Source: Azolla caroliniana (lineage: Eukaryota; Plantae; Polypodiophyta). From it: 64,000 bases of DNA. A model generated the notes under the pieces. It was not told the origin of the DNA, ran no database searches, and was given only the letters and a program-made list of their open reading frames with translations. The translations under genes and the position numbers were made by a program. Location of the stretch: NCBI GenBank assembly GCA_043228905.1, contig JBHGNT010000007.1, positions 6,572,001 to 6,636,000 on the forward strand, written 5' to 3'. Below are positions 12,177 through 21,728 of the stretch, one piece after another (positions within the stretch are counted from its first letter, which is position 1; each line of letters starts with the position of its first letter).

Positions 12177-14565
12177 TGTTGAAAATCAAGCTCAACATAG
12201 TGCAATGTGTGAACACACCTTTTGAGAATCTATGATTACTCAAAGGCCAAGAGCTCTCTACACATTAACTATGTGTCATAGAATCATATTCTAGGACACA
12301 TAACTAACGAGTTATATTCTCCATGACTATGAGTCTTCACATTCCCCAAGAGAGAGTGGTTGTTGTAGTTAGTTAATGAAGAGAGAGGGTGACTATATAT
12401 AAAGCACCCTCCTCATACTTCATACTAAGTTGGTTGTGACTCCTTGTAATGCTACATTTTGTATCTGCCATTCTACTTGTCAATATACACCTTCTTCTTG
12501 AGTATTCCTTATTCTATCTATCTTGAGTTTCTCTTCTCTTTTCTCTCACACATAACACACAACTCTTCCGCTACACAAGAATCATACCTGATTCTTTACA
12601 TGGTATCAGAGTGATTTGGTAGCTCGATCTAGCCCATCCATGTGTGTTGTGTTCTACACCGACATTCAAGAAGAACCAGCTCATCGCTATCGTAGTGCGA
12701 CTACATAGCTCGGGTTTGAGAGAGAAGGAAAAGAAGAAAGAAAGTTTCATCGACAATGAATACTCAAATGGGGAGCGCTCTCCCTAGCGAGAAGCTAGAT
12801 CGAAACAACTTGGCATCTTGGGAGTACAAGATGCACCAATACCTTGTCGGCCAAGGCTATTGGGGTTACATCAAAGGAGCACAAGAAAACTAACCCGACC
12901 CGAAAGACGCCGACTATGCAACATGGGAGCAAGCGGCAAGCCGAGTGATGTATTGCTTGGCGACATGTGTTCACAACCACATGCTCGGGTACATTTGAGA
13001 AGCCGAGATGCCAAAGCAACCGTGGGAGAATCTACGAAAGATTTTCGCCTCCAACACAACCGCGAGAAAGCATCAACTCCGCCAAAAGTTGAACAACATC
13101 CAACAAAGGGATATGTCCATCACAAGCTACACCTTGAAGATCAAGGAGCTTTGCGACTCTCTTGGCTCAATAAGCATCAATGTGGACGATGATGAGATAG
13201 TGCAAATATGCCTCGACGGCTTTGCACCATGGTTCGGCGCGATGAGGATCGCCGTATTAGCACAGGAGAATCCGCCCTCCTCCTTCAATCTTCAATCTGG
13301 GTTGTTGGTCGAAGAAAACCATGTTTGAACAAGGAGCAACGCCTCGGAAGGCCACATGCTCTACACGCATTCGAACAAAGGAAGAGGATGTGACCGAGCA
13401 AGAGGCCGATTCGGCCAAGGACGAGGCGGACGAGATTTGACTTACGAAAACAACTCACAATTTCGGCATCAAGATGAAAGCCATCGAGGAACCTTCAGAA
13501 GAAGGGGGAGCTTCTATTCTGGTCTAAGCCGACAAAACTCGGTCGAATGCGGATATTGTGGAAAAATCGGTCACCATGAAGAAGAGTGCCATAAGAAGAT
13601 ACGCGAGTCGGCTTCCACTAGCCGACAACTCACCAACTACGCCACCAACTCCGACTATGACGATCGTGGCGGAATGTTTGTGATGAGACATAGAGCAAAT
13701 TCTATGTCAACTTTTACTTCAACTAGTGCCTCCGGTCCAGAAGACGTATGGTTCGTCGACTCCGGTGCCTCGAACCATATGACATCTCATCAAGAATGGT
13801 TCCGAGAAAGTCGGAATGACCCAACTATGTCGAAACCGGAGACGACATTACACATCCGATTCGACACATTGACAATGTCCCATTCGGCAAAGAAGGTAAC
13901 CAAACTTTTATTAAGAATCTTGCATGTACCAACCATTATGAAGAATTTGGTCTCCGTCGGCCAAATTGTTGAGCAAGGGATGCAAGTACGATTTAATCAA
14001 GGTGGTTGCTTCATCGAAAAAGAGGGCCGGCTCATCACTCGCGGACGAAGAGAAGGCCGAATGTTCTTTCTCGACTCGCACGAGATGAAATCAACCATGT
14101 TCGCAAAGGGCATGAAAGCCAATTCCGACATAGAGTTATGGCACAAGTGGATTGACCATATCGACCTCCAAAAGCTCAAGGCAATGCAATTGAAAGGAGT
14201 CGTCATCGGCCTCCCGACATTCAAGGAGAAAGAGATTGAATGCGTGTGTGCCACTTACTAATTTGGGAAGCAACATCGGCACCCATTTCCGAAGGAGTGG
14301 AACGTGAGCAAAGGTGTACTCGACGTAATTCATTCATATGTATGGGGTCTGGCTCAGATGGCTACATTCGGCGGATACTGATATTATGTGGCCTTCATCG
14401 ACGACTTCTCCAGGCACACCTGGATCTACCCCATGCAACAAAAGAGTGACGTGTTCGGACACTTCCAAAATTTTAAGAATGAAGTCGAGAAAGCCACGGG
14501 CCGACATGTACGATGTCTTCGATCGGATGGAGGCAAGGAGTACTTCTCGGACGAATTTTCGGCTT
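12177..14565 (+). mobile_element. Copia element B, 5' half (LTR, PBS, gag, protease, integrase), 3'-truncated
   Basis: LTR 12177-12600 and PBS tggtatcagag 12601-12611. Gag EKLDRNNLASWEYKMHQYL, zinc knuckle CGYCGKIGHHEEEC, protease WFVDSGASNHMT and integrase FIDDFSR..LRSDGGKEY. Confidence 0.9.
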
Positions 14566-14745
14566 TCGACCGGTCCCGGATGATGTACATTCCCAATATT
14601 TGTCTTGCCGGCCCCAAGTCTTTCATTGAGAAGGTCCAGTTCAGAGCCTTCTTCAGCATCCATATCTTGACTTGGTCTCGTCCGACGATTAGCATATCAT
14701 CCACATATAGGAGGAGTATCAAGAAATCTCCTCCGTTAAAATTCT
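14566..14745 (-). mobile_element. Displaced RT fragment of the copia A element at 9338
   Basis: KNFNGGDFLILLLYVDDMLIVGRDQVK..MKDLGPARQILG directly continues the RT that stops at KTQADH (10585). Confidence 0.85.
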
Positions 14746-14941
14746 TTCGAACCAACAACAGGTGGAGAGTTTAAGTTTGAAGAATTCACCAAATTTTGTC
14801 GGCAGCGTGGCATTAGGGGTGAATATACAACACCTCATAGTCCGGAGTAGAACGGAATTGCCGAAAGGATGAATCGGACAATTCAGGAATGAATAGTGTC
14901 CATGCTCCAACACTTCAGACTATCAGATGGCTTCTGGGCAG
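14746..14941 (+). mobile_element. Copia C integrase core fragment
   Basis: EEFTKFCRQRGI..TTPHSPE*NGIAERMNRTIQ..GFWA, continued after the gypsy insertion at 21165. Confidence 0.8.
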
Positions 14942-17900
14942 TGTCAGGAATAGTACTAAAACAGAGAGAGAATTAGTATTGGAGAAGGGAAGTACTATTA
15001 GTACTAAGAGGACAGGATTGCGTAAGACTCCCGAGAGAGGAGAGAGAAGAGGAGAGAGAGAGTGTGTGTGTGTGAGGACGAGAGAGAGAGAGATGATGAT
15101 AACAGATGATATATTATATGAAGAGTAAGTACAAGATGGTTGGCTATGAGGCTTAAGACTGGCGTTGAATCAATTTGGTTCAACATAATGCCTTGTGCCT
15201 CCTTTTATAGTGTTCTCAGGAGGAGTCCTAAAGCTTCTAGAATGTTCCAGAGAAATCTGGAATATACATTAATTTCCTATAATAAAACTTAAATGAAAAT
15301 AATATCCTACATATATAATGGTCAAGAGCTCGACCCATATAACATAAGGTCATGGGTTCGAGTCTTGCCATATCATGCCACTATCCCCCCCTTTAAGACG
15401 ACAAGTGTAATGAGTCGGCATTGATTGAGGACCGGCTTTGTCTGGATATTGTTAGTGGAAATCAGCAAGAAGATCCTGAGCATTGGCGACATGCTTGACG
15501 GGTTCCCAAGTACGTTCACTCGGACTATAGCCAAGCCAATCGACCAAATAATAAAGTTTGTTGCGAACAAATTTGCAGTCGAGGACGGCAGTAACTTCAT
15601 ACTCTAAGCCGACGTCTAACTCAAGCGGGGGCGGCGGTGGTGTAACACGATCAGGAATAGTGTTTGCTTTATAAGGTTCAAGAAGAGAACTATGGAAGAC
15701 CGGATGTATCTGAAGATGCGGAGGAAGATCAAGGCGGAATGTGACATCATTAACCTTAGCAGTAATACGGAAAGGACCGAGTCGTCAATAATCCAACTTG
15801 TCGCACGGTCGAGTAGTCTTGATGTGACGACATAAGAGTCATACTCGATCTTCAATGGCAAAAGAGGAGGGAAGCTGATGACGATCCGCATAAGTCTTGT
15901 GTGTGTGTTGAGCATGACGAAGATGAGTAGAGAGATCCATCTGGATCTTGCATAGCATCTCCAAATGATCCTCGACACGAGGATTGGTAGGTAGCTCTGG
16001 GGTGTCGATCACATACCAACGAGGATGAGAACTAGTATAAGCGTAAAGTGGGGAGACCCGAGTCGAGGAGTGAATAGCGTTATTATAAGCAAACTCCGCA
16101 AAGTGGAGAATATCAACCCAATCTTCCTGTCGATAACTCATAAAACACCAGAGGTATTGTTCCAACATTTGATTTGTTCGTTCCGCTTGCCCATCGGTCT
16201 AGGGATGGTGGCCGGAGGAGAGGTTACAAGAGACCTTGAGCATCTTGAAGAGATGCTTCCAAAATTTGGAGACGAATTGAGGTCCTCAATCACTGATGAT
16301 ACTGTCTGGGAGGCCATGGCGCCGAAATACCTCACGCATGACAAGGACGGCGGTTTCCTCACTAGTGATGGCCTTAGTACACGGCACAAAATGTGCCATC
16401 TTTGTATATCGATCAACGACGGTTAAGATAGCATCGAAACCCTTCGAGACCAGCAGATCTGTCATAAAATCAAGACAAATAGATTGCCACGGCTTACTTG
16501 GAATCGGTAAGGGTTCCAACAAGCCATATAGATGATGTCATGGCATCTTTGCTCGGTAGCAAGCATCATAGGTCCGAACGTAGTCGTCGACAAAACCTCG
16601 CATATGGGACCACCAAAAGGATCTTTGAACTAGATCCAACATCTTCGTACTACCGAAATGTCCCGTTGTATGGGTGTCGTGACAATTTTGGACGATTTTG
16701 AAGGCGACAGGAGCAACCGGGAACATATACGAGCTTTTTAAAGAACAATAAACCATCATGATATTCGAATTGTCAGTAGTCCATACCTGGTTGTTGAGAC
16801 TGGAAACATGATGCCCGAGAGGTATCAATGTGCGCTAAAATGGCTTGAGCAAAACTGTCTGTCTTCATGTTAGCACGTATGGCATCGATAATCTAGGAAT
16901 CTAGTGGAGTGTGAAAAATCCACATTGTGTGCAAATGTCTTGGTCCCAAGGTTACTTGCTTTTGATTATTAAACGTTGGATCACCAGGACGAGATGCAAG
17001 ATATGAATGCCGCAATAGTGCATCTTCTTTTCCTTGCTGCTTCCCCCGTCGATATGTGATTTTGAAGTCGAAACGCGTGAGGAATTTGGGCCCACCGAGC
17101 TTGCCGTCGATTTAGTACACAAGCGTTTTGGAAATAAGCAAGGTTTTTGTGATCACTGAAGACGATGACCTGATGTGGAGAGCCCTCTAAGAAGTGCCAC
17201 CATTGCACAAATGAATCCACGATGGCTAATAACTCCTTGTCATGTATCTCGTAGTTGATTTCTGTGGCATCAAATTTGCGTGAATGGAAAGCCACAGGAT
17301 GTAACTCTTTGTTATCTCCTTGTTGAGAAAGGATGCTACGAAGGGCGAAATCCGATGGGTCGGTCTCCATGATGAATGGTTTGTTTGTATCCACATGAGC
17401 TAGAATAGGAGTTGATGTAAAGGTTGTCTTAGGATGCCTAAAAGCCATGTCCACTTCATTGGACCAAAGAAATGTTTGTCCCTTCTTCGTAAGTTGTGTG
17501 AGAGGTAAAATAATCTTTGAGTAATCTTGTATAAACTTGTAGTAGAAGTTAGCAAAACCTAGGAAACATCGTACATCTTGTAATGAACGTGGATTTTGCT
17601 ACTCTAGCACAGTTTTGACTTTAATCGGATCCATGGAGATGCCCTTTGAGGAGATGACGTAGCCTAGAAATTCCACTTGCTTGCAGTCAAAGCTACATTT
17701 TTCTAGGTTGGCATAAAGACCATTCTCTCAAAGTCGTTTTAGTACTAATAGTACATGAGAATCATGCTCTTCTTGGGTCTTCGAATAAATCAATAGATCA
17801 TTCAGATAGATGATCAAACAGATATCCAAGAGATCACTGAATATATCATTTGCCATGTGCTGGAAGACTACGAGCGCATTGGTTAGACCGAACGGCATAA

Positions 17901-20261
17901 CGGTATACTCGAAATGCCCATACCGCGTGCAAAAGGCAGTCTTCCATTCGTCTCCCGGCCGAATTCGCACGAGGTTATATACTCCTCGTAGATCGATTTT
18001 TGTAAAAAACTTGGCACCATTTACTCACTCTAAAAGACTTGATATAGGAGGAAGTGCATACATATTCCTGATGGTGACCTTATTCAAGCCGCGGTAATCA
18101 ACGACAAGACGAAGTGATCCATCTTTCTTCTTGACAAAGAAAATGGGTGCACTTCGAATGACGAATAAACCCGCTTGCCAAGTTCTCCTCTATGTAGGCT
18201 CGAAGGATTTCTAACTCGGTTGGTGGCAAGTTGTAAATTGGTCCCCATGGTGGCTCTGTTCCTGGTTGTAAATCGATGGGAGAATTGTAGGGACGATGAT
18301 GAGGAAGAGTATCGGCTTTTACTTTGTCAAATACATTGGCATGAGGATGATATTTTGCCGGAAGTTGCACTAAGGATTCCTTCTTAATATTGCTGGAAGG
18401 ATGTATTGATATTGCAAATAGAAACATTGCCTCCTTGTGTCCTTCTGAGCGTAGTTGATGGAGTGAAATGGTCAAAACTCAATGAGTAGATTCTTGGGGT
18501 TGTCGATACCGGACTTCTCTTGTTCTCCAATCTATGTATGGATTATGTAATTCAGACCAAGGTAATCCCAGGACAATGGGATGCTCTGGACTACTAATTA
18601 TATTAAATGATACCACACACACAAAACTACCTAGGACAACCTGAATGGGTTCTGACTCTTCTACAATATTCCCGGAAGCAATGGAACGACCATCAATGAC
18701 TACTACAGATGCGGGGCAAGGAAGTTTTCTTAAGGATATATGAGAAGCTTGGGCAAAATTTCAATCCATGAAACAGGATTTGGCTCCGGAATCTAAAAGT
18801 GTTAGGACGTGTACTGGAGGAGTACTTTTAGTACTAACCATGACTTCGACTAAGAACACATTGCTAACTTGCTTTGAGGGAATGGAACCACTAATGGGTT
18901 GTACAGATCTAGGGTTGTCCAACCAAACGGCTCCTATTTTGGCTGGACTCAGTCGTTTAACTCTTCTTCTAATTGACTAAGGATTTCAAATTTGTTTGAG
19001 ATACTTGGTCTATTAGTACTATTAATACTATCAGACACTCCTAAGGGAAGAATTGATTCGGGTTTAGTACAGGCTATGATTTGATTTACCTGTCTTCTTG
19101 GCCTATGGGGACAATTGATTGCAATATGCCCTGGTCCACCGCAATAAATACATAATCGATTCACACGTCGACGTTGCTTTTCTTCTTCAGATAACGGGCC
19201 ACGTCGACACATGGTGTCGATCTCCATCGGTGTCGGAGTATTTGCTTGAGATACGTCTCGTGCAAACGGTTTAGCCACGACTAAGGCATATGTGGGCTCC
19301 GGCCTAGGGCATGGTATTTGTAATTGATGTTCAGAATGTCATTCGAAAAGGCAGTTGTCGCATCGGACCGCTCGACTAATTGCCTCTGTAAGAGACTTTG
19401 GTTCTTCGAGGAAGGTCAGGAGTAAATTTTTGACATAGTTTCGCAGGCCGTAGCGAAATTGCTATATTAGTGCCTGATCATCCCAGGGGATATCTGAGGC
19501 GAGTAGATGGAAATTCGCCGTGTAGGCAGAGGCTGGACGATCACCTTGACACAATCGTCGGATTTTGTTGATCGTCGTCCTGATGTTGTTTGTATCTCCA
19601 AAGCATGCTTTAAACTTGCTAATAAAGTCTTCAAAGTTATTAAGCAAGGGCGATTGTTTTTCTAGAAGCGGAGTGAACCATGCCAAGCTTGAGCCGCTAA
19701 GCAACGTGCCTATTAGGCCGATTCGGGATGCATCAGTGAGGTATCAGGAAGGATGCATTTGAATGACTAAGCGTACCTAATTAAGAAATCCCCTGAATTG
19801 CGATCGCCTTCCATCGAATTTCATAGGAAGTCCAATCTTGGGCTCCTTATGAAATCCTTGGGGACTTGATCCTTGTTGTTGCAACTCTACGATGGTTACT
19901 TCGAGTTGTTGTACACGTAACGCTAACTCCCCATGTTGTTGCCGCATTTGTTGTTTTTCTAGAGCGATTTGTTGAAGATCCCCTAACAATCATTGGTTTT
20001 CTTGTTCCAAGGCAACAAATTTTTCTTTTAGACCTTGTAGCTCGGAGAAAACGGATTGATATTCTTGGTCGCTAATAGTAGCCATAGTATTGGAAAAAAA
20101 AGGTAAGAGGATGAGGGAAACCGAAAAGAAGACTAGAAGAAAATTGGTTCAAACTGTCAGGAATAGTACTAAAACATAGAGAGAATTAGTATTGGGGAAG
20201 GGAAGTACTATTAGTACTAAGAGGACGAGACTGCGTAAGACTCCCGAAAGAGAGGAGAGAG

Positions 20262-20298
<37 letters not shown>

Positions 20299-21164
20299 GA
20301 TAACAGATGATATATTATATGAAGAGTAAGTACAAGATGGCTATGAGGCTTAAGACTAGCGTTGAACCAATTTGGTTCAACATAATGCCTTGTGCCTCCT
20401 TTTATAGTGTTCTCAAGAGGAGTCCTAAAGCTTTTAGAATGTTCCAGAGAGAGAGGAAAGAGAAGAGGAGAGAGAGAGAGAGAGAGATGATGATGATAAT
20501 AGATGATATATTATATGAAAAGTACAAGATGGCTATGAGGCTTAAGACTAGCGTTGAACCAATTTGGTTCAACATAATGCCTTGTGCCTCCTTTTATAGT
20601 GTTCTCAGAAGGAGTCTTGAAGCTTCTAGAATGTTCTAGAGAGAGAGGAAAGAGAAGAGGAGAGAGAGTGAGAGATGATGATGATAACAGATGATATATT
20701 ATATGAAGAGTAAGTACAAGATGGTTATGAGGCTTAAGACTGGCGTTGAACCAATTTGGTTCAACATAATGCCTTGTGCCTCCTTTTATAGTGTTCTCAG
20801 GACGAGTCCTGAAGCTTCTAGAATGTTCTAGAGAGAGAGGAAAGAGAAGAGGAGAGAGAGAGAGATGATGATGATAACAGATGATATATTATATGAAGAG
20901 TAAGTACAAGATGGTTATGAGGCTTAAGATTGGCGTTGAACCAATTTGGTTCAACATAATGCCTTGTGCCTCCTTTTATAGTGTTCTCAAGAGGAGTCCT
21001 AAAGCTTCTAGAATGTTCCAGAGAAATCTGGAATATACATTAATTTCCTATAATAAAACTTAAATGAAAATAATATTTTATGTATTACAATAGATTGTAT
21101 AATGGTCAAGAGCTCAACCCATATAACATAAGGTCATGGGTTCGACTCTTGCCATATCATGACA
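14942..21164 (-). mobile_element. Full-length, decayed Ty3/gypsy chromovirus (Tcn1-like) with both LTRs and TSD
   Basis: TSD ggcag at 14937-14941 and 21165-21169. 3' LTR 14942-15380, PPT 15381-15393, 5' LTR 20155-21164. Gag with [14 protein letters not shown], protease LDSGAKSCF, RT ([32 protein letters not shown]), RNase H (YEIHDKELLAI), integrase and chromodomain EYEVTAVLDCK..YYLVDWLGYSPSERTWEP (~15480-15605). Confidence 0.95.
20250..21020. repeat. Four tandem ~190-bp units within the chromovirus 5' LTR
   Basis: gttgaaccaatttggttcaac recurs at 20361, 20553, 20745 and 20935 (periods 192, 192, 190). There is one copy in the 3' LTR. Confidence 0.95.
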
Positions 21165-21728
21165 GGCAGAGGCCTTACGGCAGTACGTATCGTCAATATG
21201 TCGCCGAGTAGGCCTCTAGTACTTCGAATACCTCAGGAATTATGGACCAGCAACAAGCCGAATTACAACAAGCTGAGGATTTTTGGATGGGATGCATTCG
21301 CCCTCATACCGAAGGACAATTGCCGAAAACTCAAACTAAGGTCCGGGAAATGCATTTTCCTTGGCTATGGACCAAACACCGAGATCGGATACCAACTCTA
21401 GGACACTTCGTCATCTTTATTAATCGTCTGAAGTTTGGACGTAGTGTTCAATGAATTGGCTATGCATAAGATGGCCAAAACGCCTATTGAAGTTTGAAGG
21501 GTAACTTTTTCCAAAGTGTCAACCCTTCATGACAGCCCAACTCATAACACAAGGACGGCTTCATAGGTAGCTGAATCCTCTAGCATTTAATCGGCTCTAA
21601 CCGATTTCGCACAACCGAATGTTTCGACTCTGAACCATCCGACCCACACACCCAATCAAGCTAGCCCAGTCGTACCACAGATATCTGAGAGACTGTCACA
21701 GCCTCCGAAGAGGTAATCTCCTGGAATC
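21165..21728 (+). mobile_element. Copia C integrase C-terminal part
   Basis: VNMSPSRPL..KPNYNKLRIFGW..KCIFLGYG. Confidence 0.8.

Noticed and set aside
21091-21160. Functional tRNA gene
   Set aside because: The acceptor, anticodon and T stems do not pair properly. It is kept only as a tRNA-like module.
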